From: Gemmatimonadota bacterium
Lineage (GTDB): Bacteria > Gemmatimonadota > Gemmatimonadetes > Gemmatimonadales > Gemmatimonadaceae
Assembly (NCBI GenBank): GCA_031372565.1
Contig: JANMLN010000148.1
Coordinates: forward strand, 1 to 54,378
Reading direction: 5' to 3'
DNA: 54,378 nt
The first letter of the stretch is position 1. Every line of letters begins with the position of its first letter. Below are positions 10,193-19,938 of the stretch, piece by piece. The notes under the pieces were generated by a model, which saw only the letters and a program-made list of their open reading frames with translations, did no database searches and was not told the DNA's origin. The position numbers and the translations under genes were made by a program.

Positions 10193-12402
10193 AGGCCCTC
10201 ATGACGTGGAGCTGGCGCGCGCTCGCGCTCGTGGCCGCGCTTCCACTCGCGACGCACGCGCAGGCGTCCGCGCCTCTGCGCCCATCGATCGAACGTTTCT
10301 ACAGCCTGCCGAGCGTCGTCGGCACCGCGCCGCGAAACGCGGTATGGTCGCGCGACGGCAAGCGCGTCGCGTTCATCTGGAACGATGAAGGCATCCCCTT
10401 TGGAGATATCTGGATGGCCGACGTGGCGGGTGGGGCAGCCCGACGCGTGACGCGACTCCCGCACGCGCCGCTGGTGGCCAATCCCGGTCCTGACTTCAAG
10501 GCGCAACGCGCCGCCATTGCCGCGGAGCTCGACGCGGGCGTGTCGAACGTCACCTGGACCGCCGACGGCGCACGCATGCTGTTCACCTTTCGCGGCGATC
10601 TCTGGGTCGTGTCGGCCGGCGCAGCTCCCGTGCGGCTGACGACGACCCCCGCGCCGGAGCGCGGCATGGCGCTCTCACCCGACGGACAGCGTCTGGCCTT
10701 CATGCGCGACGGGAATCTCGTGCTGGCCGAGCTGCGCGCCGATTCGCTGTTGGGCGCAGCCCCCGTCACCGCCGTCGCGCGCGAGGGCGTCAGCGTGGAA
10801 AGCTTCGCGTGGGCTCCGGATGGACGGTCGCTCGCGCTGGTGGAGACGGACCGGACGGCGATCAAGACCCGGCTCATCGCCGATCAGCTGACCGACGAAA
10901 CGACCGCCCCGTCCGTGCGACGCGCTTTTCCCGGCGAGCCGTCCGAGCTGCGCCGACTCGGCATCGTGCGTGCGTCCGGTGGCGATGTCCGCTGGCTCGA
11001 GCTTGGCCCGGAGCGCATGGACCTGATGCACGGGTACGAGTGGTCGCCCGATGGATCGCTGCTCGCCATCGACAAGAGCGACGTGTTCGTGAAGGATCGG
11101 CGCATTCTCGTCGCAGACGCGACGACGGGCGCCGTGCGCGAGCTGGTGCGGGAGCAGGAGCCGCTGAACGTGACGGCTGAATGGCAGATCGAGTGGGCGC
11201 CCGATGGAAGCGGTCTGTACTTCACGTCGGACCGGGCGGTCGACTACCACGTCTGGTTCACGCCGATTGGCGGCGGGGCCCCGCGACAGATCACCAGCGG
11301 CGCGTGGGCCGTCTTCGGCATGCAGGCCACGCCGGCGGGACTCTTCGTGACGGCCAATGACGGGCGACCGGAGGAGCGACATCTCGCGCGCGTCCCGCTC
11401 GCCGGCGGTGCGCCGGTGCGTGTGTCCCGACGCGCTGGCACGCATGCGGCCGTCGTGTCGCCGGATGGCCAGTTCGCGGCGGACATTTTCTCGAGCGACG
11501 CGCTCCCACCGGAGCTCTACATCACGGACGCGACACGACCTGCTGCGCGCGAGTCGGCCGAACGACGCGTGACCGTGTCCCCGCGAGACGAGTTCGCACG
11601 CTATCGCTGGATCGTGCCGCAGTACGTCACGTTCAAGAGCCGCACCGATGGCGTCATGCTGCACGGGCGCCTGCTCCTTCCGCGCGGGTACCGTCCCGGG
11701 ACGCGCTATCCGGTGATCGTCGGGTCGGCGTACAGCAACACCGTGCGCAACCAGTGGGGCGGACGCAACGCGCACCCGCTCTGGGGGCTCGACCAGGTGT
11801 TGCTCGATCGCGGCTTTGCGGTCTTTGCGGTGGACGTGGCGGGCAGCAGCGGTCATGGCACGGCCTTTCGCCGTCGCATTCGTCTCGACTACGGTGGCGT
11901 CGACGTCGAAGACCTGCACGCGGGCGTCGAGTACCTGATCGCGCGCGGCGTGGCCGATCCGAAGCGCGTCGGTATCTGGGGATCGTCCTACGGCGGGCTG
12001 CTCACCACCATCTCGCTCTTCACCAAACCGGGCGTGTACGCCGCTGGTGTGGCGGGCGCACCGGCGACGAATGTGTGGCACGCGCTCACCGGCGAGCAGC
12101 GCGTCATGGGTCGACCGCAGGAGCATCCGGCGGAGTTTGCGAGCGCATCGTCCCACACCAAGGCAGCCGGGCTGCAGGGCCACCTGATGCTCATCCACGG
12201 CATGCGCGACGTCGTGGTGCTGTACCGCGACTCGGCGTGGTTGACGCAGTATCTGCTGCAGATGGGCAAGGATGTCGAATTGGTCTCGTTGCCCGACGCA
12301 CAGCACGGCTGGGACACCGAGGCGCTCGTCCAGACGCGCTACGCCTTCTCGCGCATGCTGGCCTTCTTCGAGCGCCACCTGCTCCCCGCCACGGGACGTT
12401 GA
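10189..12402 (+). CDS. S9 family dipeptidyl-peptidase IV-like serine peptidase
   Basis: PD40/beta-propeller repeats, GIWGSSYGG, HGMRDVVV, QHG; GTGA overlap with the DUF885 stop. Confidence 0.9.
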   Translation: MKALMTWSWRALALVAALPLATHAQASAPLRPSIERFYSLPSVVGTAPRNAVWSRDGKRVAFIWNDEGIPFGDIWMADVAGGAARRVTRLPHAPLVANPGPDFKAQRAAIAAELDAGVSNVTWTADGARMLFTFRGDLWVVSAGAAPVRLTTTPAPERGMALSPDGQRLAFMRDGNLVLAELRADSLLGAAPVTAVAREGVSVESFAWAPDGRSLALVETDRTAIKTRLIADQLTDETTAPSVRRAFPGEPSELRRLGIVRASGGDVRWLELGPERMDLMHGYEWSPDGSLLAIDKSDVFVKDRRILVADATTGAVRELVREQEPLNVTAEWQIEWAPDGSGLYFTSDRAVDYHVWFTPIGGGAPRQITSGAWAVFGMQATPAGLFVTANDGRPEERHLARVPLAGGAPVRVSRRAGTHAAVVSPDGQFAADIFSSDALPPELYITDATRPAARESAERRVTVSPRDEFARYRWIVPQYVTFKSRTDGVMLHGRLLLPRGYRPGTRYPVIVGSAYSNTVRNQWGGRNAHPLWGLDQVLLDRGFAVFAVDVAGSSGHGTAFRRRIRLDYGGVDVEDLHAGVEYLIARGVADPKRVGIWGSSYGGLLTTISLFTKPGVYAAGVAGAPATNVWHALTGEQRVMGRPQEHPAEFASASSHTKAAGLQGHLMLIHGMRDVVVLYRDSAWLTQYLLQMGKDVELVSLPDAQHGWDTEALVQTRYAFSRMLAFFERHLLPATGR

Positions 12403-12466
12403 GGGCTCTCGGACGGTGGCTATCTTCCAAGCCGTAGCTGCAATCTCCCCGAACAGGTCACCACTC

Positions 12467-12994
12467 GTGCGACTTCACACGCTCGTCTCCCTCGCCGCTG
12501 CGCTCGCATGCACTGCACCGCTGGGCGCGCAGGGCACCCCCTTCCAGCTCTCCCTCTTCAGCCCCATCCAGGTCGCGAGCGAAGGCGAGTCGGTGTCTGC
12601 GGTCCGACTCAGCGTCATTTACACCAAGAACGCTTCCGTCCAGTTCGTTGATCTCGGCTTCGGGTTCAACTACACGACCGGAAATGGCGTCGGCGTCCAG
12701 TGGGCCCTCGTGTCGAAGACGGACGGCAACTTCACCGGCTGGCAGAGCGGTCTCGCCGCCATCACCGAGAAGCGCTTCGCGGGGTTGCAGACCGGCGCGT
12801 TCAACAGCGTGGCCGAAGGCCAAGGGGTGCAGTTCGGCTGGGTGAACGTCGCCAAGAGCTGGAACGGCTTGCAGCTCGGACTGGTGAACGTCACCGATCG
12901 CATGACCAACGGCGGCCTCCAGATCGGCCTCGTCAACATCATCAAGCAGGGGGGCGTGGCGCCGTTCCTGCCGATCGTGAACTTCACGTTCTAG
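12467..12994 (+). CDS. LA_2272-like surface repeat protein
   Basis: PFQLSLFSPIQ, repeated G(L/V)Q.G.(V/F)N units, C-terminal PFLPIVNFTF. Confidence 0.75.
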   Translation: MRLHTLVSLAAALACTAPLGAQGTPFQLSLFSPIQVASEGESVSAVRLSVIYTKNASVQFVDLGFGFNYTTGNGVGVQWALVSKTDGNFTGWQSGLAAITEKRFAGLQTGAFNSVAEGQGVQFGWVNVAKSWNGLQLGLVNVTDRMTNGGLQIGLVNIIKQGGVAPFLPIVNFTF

Positions 12995-13019
12995 TCGGCA
13001 GACATCACGACACGGCCCG

Positions 13020-14237
13020 CTATCTCCGGCGGGCCGTGATCAGCACCTGAATCTCGTCCAGCCGCGGATTCACGAACTCCAGCTGCACCCGCCCATCGGC
13101 TCTGGTGCTCACGACGGCCGGAACGGCACTGTTCGTGAGCACCCAGCCCAGCGGCAGCACCACCGTGTTGATCGGCCGGCCGAACCCGCGATCCCAGACC
13201 AGCTCGTCGCCGACCACCCGGTAGCGCACGCTGTCGGTGTAGGTCTCGCTCATCCGAAGCCGGACCGACCTGTTCGCCTGCACGGCCGGAAAGCGGAACA
13301 CGACCACTTCCGTCTGCGGTGTCACGGCGGGCACATCCAGCTTGGCCCGCGTGATCGCGTCGCCCTTGAGCGTCTCGGACGTGAGCAACTCGCCCGTGTC
13401 CAGATTGCGTGCACTCGGATTCGAGACCGTGCTCCCGGCGCGTACCACGTTCAGGTACGCACTCGTACCGGGGCGCGACTCGGTGTAGTCGTGGTACAGG
13501 TCGAAGGCGTGCGTCTCCGGCTGCCGCAGTTCGTACACGATCTCGCGGTCCTGGTGCGCCCGTTCCGATAGCCGGTCCGCCACGCTCGAACGCCCCGTGC
13601 TCGCGAGCGCACCCGACGCGCGTCGCACCGCCCGCAGCGTCACGGGCGCCTCGGCAGGGGTCGTGTTCCAGAAGGTGATCCCGACGCGACCATCCGGTTC
13701 CTGCAGCACCTGCGACGGGTACGTCGAGCTGATCAGCTCGTATCCCTGCGGGAGCACGATGGCATTGCGCTTGATGCCCAGTGAACGGGTGAACGTCACC
13801 GTATCCCCGACGCTCATGTAGCTCGCGGCGTCCTCGTACGTCTTGACGATCAGCACGCGCGACTCGCCCCCCTCGGCGGCCACCGGACGTGGCAGCGTCA
13901 CGCGGATGTATCGCTGCGTCGAGTCGCTCACACGCATGCCGTCGGCGCGCGCCGCGGCAGCACCAACCTCGCTGAAGGGCAACGGTCGCCCCGTGGCGCG
14001 ATCGAACACGCTCTCGTCGCTGGCGATGCTGCCTTTCCGGATCGGGTTGAAGTAGTATCGCGCCCCCGGCGTCACGGCCGTCACCTCATACAGGATCTTG
14101 AACTTCGCGGTGCCCGGCGCGAGCAGCTCGTAGCGTGTATACGCGTCCGCGTCGGTGCCGCGCAGCGAGTGTTGGCCGCACACGACCGAAGGAGCGAGCG
14201 ACAGCAGGACGACGACGAGCGGTGCAGTGATTCGCAA
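13020..14237 (-). CDS. Secreted hypothetical protein with two homologous halves
   Basis: Signal-like hydrophobic N-terminus after TTG 14237 (start uncertain); YELLAP/YELRQP and VLPQGY/VLPLGW repeats. Confidence 0.7.
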   Translation of the reverse strand: MRITAPLVVVLLSLAPSVVCGQHSLRGTDADAYTRYELLAPGTAKFKILYEVTAVTPGARYYFNPIRKGSIASDESVFDRATGRPLPFSEVGAAAARADGMRVSDSTQRYIRVTLPRPVAAEGGESRVLIVKTYEDAASYMSVGDTVTFTRSLGIKRNAIVLPQGYELISSTYPSQVLQEPDGRVGITFWNTTPAEAPVTLRAVRRASGALASTGRSSVADRLSERAHQDREIVYELRQPETHAFDLYHDYTESRPGTSAYLNVVRAGSTVSNPSARNLDTGELLTSETLKGDAITRAKLDVPAVTPQTEVVVFRFPAVQANRSVRLRMSETYTDSVRYRVVGDELVWDRGFGRPINTVVLPLGWVLTNSAVPAVVSTRADGRVQLEFVNPRLDEIQVLITARRR

Positions 14238-14298
14238 TTGGACGATCCGCGGGTAATGGGTGCCCAAGAGTACGATGGCGTCCGCCCGCTCGACACCC

Positions 14299-14380
14299 CG
14301 CCGTCCTGAGCGCGCTGTCGTCCTGAGCGCGCTGTCGTCCTGAGCGCGTTGTCGTCCTGAGCGCAGCGAAGGACCTGCTT
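14299..14380 (+). repeat. Three 17-bp REP half-units in tandem followed by one full REP (14350-14380)
   Basis: cgccgtcctgagcgcgc, tgtcgtcctgagcgcgc, tgtcgtcctgagcgcgt, then tgtcgtcctgagcgcagcgaaggacctgctt. Confidence 0.9.
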
Positions 14381-14417
14381 GTGCCCCCCTCTTCCTCTCC
14401 CCCACCTTACCCCGCAG

Positions 14418-14693
14418 ATGATCACCGACCCCGTGCTCCTCAACGACTGGCACCCCGCGGCCACACCAGCACAGGTCGACGCGCGCGGACTCCTGCCCGT
14501 CCGCCTCCTCGGTCGCGACCTCGTCCTCTGGAAGTCGCCGGACGGCTATCGCGCCTGGTCGGACCTCTGCGTCCACCGCGGCGCCCGGCTCTCGGGCGGT
14601 TCGCTCGTCGACGGCTGCCTCCGCTGCCCGTATCACGGCTGGACGTACGACGCGTCGGGCGCCTGCGTGCACATGCCCGCGCAGTCGCCTTGA
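14418..14693 (+). pseudogene. Rieske [2Fe-2S] domain only; likely truncated VanA-like oxygenase (or a stand-alone Rieske protein)
   Basis: NDWHP, LLGRDLVLW, DLCVHRGARLS, CPYHGWTYD; stops after 91 aa with no catalytic domain. Confidence 0.6.
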
Positions 14694-14752
14694 CTCACAC
14701 AGGCGCACCGCCCAGTCTTGCGCACACCTCATCACGTTGGGAGCCACGCCGC

Positions 14753-16411
14753 ATGACTTCGCGTCGCACGTTCGTCGGCCAGATGGCCGCGCTCGCAGCA
14801 CTGCCGCAGCTGGCGCGCAGCGTCGAAACGCCCGAGCTGGTGCTCGTCAACGGTGACATCCTGACACAGGATGCGATCGTGCCGAAGGCCGAGGCGATCG
14901 CCATCGCGGGCGGGCGGATCGTGGCCATCGGCAGCACCGCCGACATGCGTCGTCTCACACGTGCCACGACCAAGGTCATCGACCTTGGCAAGCGCGTCGT
15001 GATTCCGGGTGTGATCGACGCGCACAACCATCCTGCCTCGTCCGGGCTCTCGCACCTCCGCGAAGTTGACTGCGACCTGCGGTCCGTGGGCGCCATCCAG
15101 GCGGCGCTGCGCGAGCGCGCGGGCAAGACACCCAAGGGCGAGTGGGTGCTCGGCTTCAAGTACGACGACACCAAGACCGCTGAGCGTCGTTTCCTCACGC
15201 GTGCGGATCTGGACGCGGTGTCGACCGACCATCCGATTCTGGTCACCCATCGCGGTGGTCATACCGGCTACGTGAACTCGCTCGCCTTCGCGCGCGCTGG
15301 CATTACAGAATCCTCACCAGACCCATCCGGTGGTCGATTCGAACGTGATGCCGTCACGGGCAAGCTCTCCGGCCGCGCCGCAGAGACGGCCACTGACGCG
15401 TTCGACCGCGTCATCCCGTCCGCGTACACGCGCGCCGATCGCCAGGCCGGTGTGAAGGAGATCTCGCGCCGACTGGCACGCACGGGGGTCACCTCCGTGA
15501 CCGACGCCGGCGGCTCCCCGGCCGACCTGCTGGCCTATCAGGATGCCCACGAGGCCGGCGAACTCGGCACGCGCGTCTATTGCCACATCCGGGAGTCGTC
15601 GCTTGACCGGATGATTGCCGCAGGCGTCCGAACGGGGCTGGGCAACGAGTGGGTGCGCGTCGGGGCCGTCAAGTGCATCTGCGATGGCTCGATCTCCGAA
15701 CGCACCGCCCTGCTCAACGAACCGTACATCGGTCGCCCGAACGATCGCGGCATCCTCGTGACCGATGCCGAGCGGCTCTGGTCCATCTTCACCAAGGCGC
15801 ACACGGCGGGCTGGCAGATCGGCACGCACGCCAATGGCGACGCCGCCATCGAGATCGTCGCCGGTCTGTACGAGCGACTGCAGCGCGAGATGCCGCGCCG
15901 CGATCCGCGCTTCCGGTTCGAGCACTGCACGGTGCTCACCCCCGCGCTCATTGCGCGCATCAAGGCGCTCGGCGCGATTCCCACCCCCTTTGCCAGCTAC
16001 GTCTACTTCCATGGCGAGAAGATGGGGGAGTACGGCGCCGCGCGAACCGAGCGGATGTTCCCCATGCGCTGGTTCCTCGACGCCGGCATTCCCGCCACGA
16101 TGGGAAGCGACTATCCGCCCGGTCCATTCGAACCGATGATGGCGCTCACCTCCATGACGACGCGCACGGACATTCGAGGCACCGTGTGGGGGGCCAACCA
16201 GCGCATCACGCTCGCGGAGGCGCTTCGCGTGCTCACGGTCAACGGCGCGTACGCCTCGTTCGAGGAGGGCCTCAAGGGATCCCTCACGGTCGGCAAGCTC
16301 GCCGACCTCGTGGTCCTCGGCCGCGATCCGCGCACGACGCCGCCCATCGAGATCGTGAACGTGCCGATCGAGCGCACCATGGTCGGCGGGCGCTGGGTCT
16401 ACGAGTCGTGA
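14753..16411 (+). CDS. Tat-exported YtcJ-like amidohydrolase (Amidohydro_3)
   Basis: SRRTF Tat motif, PGVIDAHNH, DGSI, HANGD, RFEH, GSDYP, GKLADLVVL. Confidence 0.9.
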   Translation: MTSRRTFVGQMAALAALPQLARSVETPELVLVNGDILTQDAIVPKAEAIAIAGGRIVAIGSTADMRRLTRATTKVIDLGKRVVIPGVIDAHNHPASSGLSHLREVDCDLRSVGAIQAALRERAGKTPKGEWVLGFKYDDTKTAERRFLTRADLDAVSTDHPILVTHRGGHTGYVNSLAFARAGITESSPDPSGGRFERDAVTGKLSGRAAETATDAFDRVIPSAYTRADRQAGVKEISRRLARTGVTSVTDAGGSPADLLAYQDAHEAGELGTRVYCHIRESSLDRMIAAGVRTGLGNEWVRVGAVKCICDGSISERTALLNEPYIGRPNDRGILVTDAERLWSIFTKAHTAGWQIGTHANGDAAIEIVAGLYERLQREMPRRDPRFRFEHCTVLTPALIARIKALGAIPTPFASYVYFHGEKMGEYGAARTERMFPMRWFLDAGIPATMGSDYPPGPFEPMMALTSMTTRTDIRGTVWGANQRITLAEALRVLTVNGAYASFEEGLKGSLTVGKLADLVVLGRDPRTTPPIEIVNVPIERTMVGGRWVYES

Positions 16412-16418
16412 GGGACGC

Positions 16419-17186
16419 ATGAGCGCACGGCCGTACGTGCTCGCGGAGAACACGTGGGCCTTCGTCGAGACGCAGGCGTTCGAGGTTGCCGTGCTCCCGT
16501 GGGGGGCGACCGAAGCGCACAACCGCCATCTGCCGTACGCAACCGACACGATCCAGGCGGACCATGTCGCCATCGCGGGGGCGGCACACGCGTGGGCGCG
16601 GGGAGCGCGCGTCATCGTGCTTCCGGCCATTCCGTTCGGCGTACAAACGACGCAGCGTGAGGTGCCATTCTGCATCAACATGCATCCGTCGACCCAGGCG
16701 GCCATTCTGCGCGACGTCATGCAGACCGTGGTGGCGCGCGGCGTGCGGAAGCTCGTGATCCTCAACGGTCACGGCGGCAATGATTTCAAGCAGATCATCC
16801 GCGAGCTGCAGCCAGACTCGGGCCTCCTGTTGGCACAGGTCAACTGGTGGCAGCTCGGTGACGCCCAGGCGCACTTCGTCGATCCCGGCGATCACGCCGG
16901 AGAGCTCGAGACGAGCGTGATGCTGCACCTGGCACCGACGATGACGCGCCCGGTCGCCGACGCCGGTCCCGGACAGGCACGCAAGGCGCGCGTCCGCGGC
17001 TTTCGCGAAGGGTGGGCGTGGACGCCGCGGCACTGGGTGCAGGTGACGGACGACACCGGCGTCGGGGACCCGACCGCTGCGACTGCCGCCAAGGGCGCGG
17101 CATTCCTCGCCGCCGTGACGGCGCAGTTCGGCGAGTTTCTCGTGGAGCTGGCCGCGGCAGATCCGGCGAGACTGTACGCGGACTAG
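16419..17186 (+). CDS. Creatininase family amidohydrolase
   Basis: GATEAHNRHLPYATD, NGHGGN, DHAGELETS. Confidence 0.9.
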   Translation: MSARPYVLAENTWAFVETQAFEVAVLPWGATEAHNRHLPYATDTIQADHVAIAGAAHAWARGARVIVLPAIPFGVQTTQREVPFCINMHPSTQAAILRDVMQTVVARGVRKLVILNGHGGNDFKQIIRELQPDSGLLLAQVNWWQLGDAQAHFVDPGDHAGELETSVMLHLAPTMTRPVADAGPGQARKARVRGFREGWAWTPRHWVQVTDDTGVGDPTAATAAKGAAFLAAVTAQFGEFLVELAAADPARLYAD

Positions 17187-17324
17187 CGACGTGCCCGCAT
17201 ACGGCAGCCTCGTGATTGACGTCGAGGGCCGCCTCCACGAACTCGCGCCCGATGCGCGCTCGCGGCATGTTTAGCGGAGCGTCGCACACTCAGTGCACCC
17301 GTCTCTCCGCCTCGCGTCCCACGC

Positions 17325-19508
17325 ATGCCCCGTCGATTCGCCACCCTCGTCGTTCTCGTCGCGCTCTGCCTGACTGGCGCGCGTCCCACATCCGTCGACG
17401 ACGAGGCCGCGCGATGGGCCGCGCGCGCCGCGAAGGTCACGATCACCCGTGACGATTGGGGCATCGCGCATGTGCATGGTCCGACCGACGCCGACGCGAT
17501 CTTCGGCATGATGTACGCCCAGGCCGAAGACGACTTCCCGCGCATCGAGATGAACTACCTGAATGCGATGGGCCGATTGGCCGAGGCAGAAGGTGAATCG
17601 GCGCTGGCACGCGACCTGCGCATGCGCCTGTTCATCGACTCCACCGACCTCAAGGCGCGCTACGCCGTCGCGCCCCCGTGGCTCAGGGCCGTCATGGACG
17701 GCTGGGCGGACGGACTCAACTTTTTCCTGGCCACGCACCCGCAGGTGAAGCCGCGCGTACTCACGCGCTTCGCGCCCTGGATGGCGCTCAGCTTCAGCGA
17801 GGGGAGCATCGGCGGTGATATCGAACGCGTGAACATCGACGCGCTCGCCGAGTTCTACGGGCTGGCTTCCGCGCGCGTGCGCCCCGGCAGCCGAGGGGAC
17901 GGCCCGCCCGAAGAACCGACCGGCTCGAACGGCTTCGCGATCGCTCCATCGAACTCCGCCTCGAAGCACGCACTCCTCTGGATCAACCCGCACACCTCGT
18001 TCTTCTTCCGCTCGGAGCAACAGGTCACCAGCGACGAGGGGCTCAACGTGTACGGAGCCGCCACGTGGGGACAGTTCTTCGTCTATCAGGGCTTCAATGC
18101 GCGCGCCGGGTGGATGCACACCACCAGTGGCGTCGACAACATCGACGAGTACCGCGAGACGACGAACCGCGCGGGTAACGGTTACACGTACCGCTACGGC
18201 AAGCTGGAACGACCCGTGACCAGCGAGATCATCTCGCTCAAGGTCAAGACGCCGGCGGGCATGACCACCCGCGAGGTCACGGTCTACCGGACGCACCACG
18301 GGCCCGTCGTGCGCAAGGAGCAGGAGAAGTGGATCTCGGTGCGGCTCATGAACGAACCGCTCAAGGCGCTGCAGCAGTCGTACCTTCGCACCAAGACGCG
18401 CAACCTCGCCGAGTACCGCAAGGTCATGGATCTGCACACCAACTCGTCGAACAACACGATTTTTGCGGACGCGGAGGGCAACATCGCGTACTTCCACGCG
18501 AACTTCGTGCCGAAGCGCAGCCTGGCGTTCGACTGGCGCCGTCCGGTCGATGGCAGCGATCCCGCCACGGAGTGGCAGGGCGTGCACAGCGTGGCCGAGT
18601 CGCCCAACGTGTTCAATCCGGCCACGGGATGGATCCAGAACACGAACAACTGGCCGTACTCGGCAGCCGGAAGCGCCAGCCCGAAGCGCGAGGCGTATCC
18701 GCGCTACATGGAGATGGGTGTCGAGAACCCCCGCGGCGTCCACGCCATCAAGGTGCTCAGCGCGCGCAAGGACTTCACGCCGCAGTCATTGATCGACGCG
18801 GCCTTTGACAGCGAACTGCCGGCGTTCGCACGGTTGCTCCCGACCCTGCTGGCCGCATGGGACCAGCTCCCCGCCAGCGACCCCCGCAAGCCGGCGCTCG
18901 CGGAACCGATCGCGGTGCTCAAGGCGTGGGATTACCGCTGGGGCACGAACTCCGTCGCCACGTCGCTCGCAGTCTTCTGGGGCGACGAGATGTGGACGCG
19001 CACGCGCACGGATGCCGAATCCGAGGAGATGACGGTGTACGATTTCATCGCGGACAAGTCGTCACCTGCCACGCGCCTCGCGGCGCTCACCGCTGCCATC
19101 GCCAAGCTCACCGCCGACTTCGGCTCATGGAAGACGCCGTGGGGCGACATCAACCGGTTCCAGCGCCTCACCGCCGACATTGTGCATCCGTTCAGCGATG
19201 CCGGGCCGAGCATTCCCGTCGGGTTCACGTCGTCACGATGGGGCTCGCTGGCCTCGTTCGGCGCACAACCCTGGCCCGGTACCAGGAAGTGGTACGGCAC
19301 GAGCGGCAATTCGTTCGTCGCGGTCGTCGAGTTTGGTGACAGTGTGCGCGCACGCGCCGTCAGCGCGGGTGGTGAGAGCGGCGACGCGCGTGCTCCGCAC
19401 TTCAACGATCAGGCCCAGCGGTACGCGACCGGCCGTCTGCGCGACGTCTACTTCTACCCGTCGCAGCTCGCCAAGCACACCGAACGCACGTATCACCCCG
19501 GCCGCTGA
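17325..19508 (+). CDS. Penicillin acylase family Ntn-hydrolase (S45)
   Basis: RDDWGIAHV, YAQAED, GSNGFAI Ser nucleophile, NPH, THHGPV, GESG..HFNDQ. Confidence 0.92.
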   Translation: MPRRFATLVVLVALCLTGARPTSVDDEAARWAARAAKVTITRDDWGIAHVHGPTDADAIFGMMYAQAEDDFPRIEMNYLNAMGRLAEAEGESALARDLRMRLFIDSTDLKARYAVAPPWLRAVMDGWADGLNFFLATHPQVKPRVLTRFAPWMALSFSEGSIGGDIERVNIDALAEFYGLASARVRPGSRGDGPPEEPTGSNGFAIAPSNSASKHALLWINPHTSFFFRSEQQVTSDEGLNVYGAATWGQFFVYQGFNARAGWMHTTSGVDNIDEYRETTNRAGNGYTYRYGKLERPVTSEIISLKVKTPAGMTTREVTVYRTHHGPVVRKEQEKWISVRLMNEPLKALQQSYLRTKTRNLAEYRKVMDLHTNSSNNTIFADAEGNIAYFHANFVPKRSLAFDWRRPVDGSDPATEWQGVHSVAESPNVFNPATGWIQNTNNWPYSAAGSASPKREAYPRYMEMGVENPRGVHAIKVLSARKDFTPQSLIDAAFDSELPAFARLLPTLLAAWDQLPASDPRKPALAEPIAVLKAWDYRWGTNSVATSLAVFWGDEMWTRTRTDAESEEMTVYDFIADKSSPATRLAALTAAIAKLTADFGSWKTPWGDINRFQRLTADIVHPFSDAGPSIPVGFTSSRWGSLASFGAQPWPGTRKWYGTSGNSFVAVVEFGDSVRARAVSAGGESGDARAPHFNDQAQRYATGRLRDVYFYPSQLAKHTERTYHPGR

Positions 19509-19589
19509 CTCGTGCCGGCCGTGCCGGACCTGTTCGGCAGGCACGGATGACACGCGGCAGGTCTCGAGCAGCACGCAACGGGAGACATC

Positions 19590-19853
19590 ATGCACTACAT
19601 GATCATCGAGCACTTCCGCGGCGGCGACGCCACGCCGGTCTATCACCGCTTCCGGGAGCGCGGTCGCCTCGCACCAGCCGGACTCGAGTACATCACCAGC
19701 TGGGTGACGGACGACATGACCACCTGCTATCAGGTGATGGCGTGCGACGAGCGTGCGCTGCTCGATCAGTGGATCGACAACTGGCGTGACCTCGTCGACT
19801 TCGAGGTGATGCCCGTGATCTCGTCGGCAGAGGCAGCCGCGCGCGTTCCCTGA
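19590..19853 (+). CDS. DUF3303-like small protein
   Basis: YMIIEHF..VYHRFRERGR..GL.Y..SWV..CYQVM..W.DLVDFEV.PV; GGAG SD upstream. Confidence 0.75.
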   Translation: MHYMIIEHFRGGDATPVYHRFRERGRLAPAGLEYITSWVTDDMTTCYQVMACDERALLDQWIDNWRDLVDFEVMPVISSAEAAARVP

Positions 19854-19938
19854 CGCGTGGTCGGGCAGGCATTGGGCGAGGTCGCGGCGGCGGCGTACCT
19901 GACGCCGTAGCGCGACCCCGCTGCCAGGAGCGCTCCGC

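Noticed and set aside
14691..14755. Selenocysteine or readthrough at the Rieske TGA
   Set aside because: The readthrough peptide shows no oxygenase similarity, ends within ~21 codons, and the position is not a Cys ligand.
14238..14801. N-terminal extension of the 13020-14801 ORF and apparent fusion ORF 14381-16411
   Set aside because: The extensions run through the REP tandem or overlap the Rieske ORF in another frame; the real starts have signal or Tat peptides downstream.
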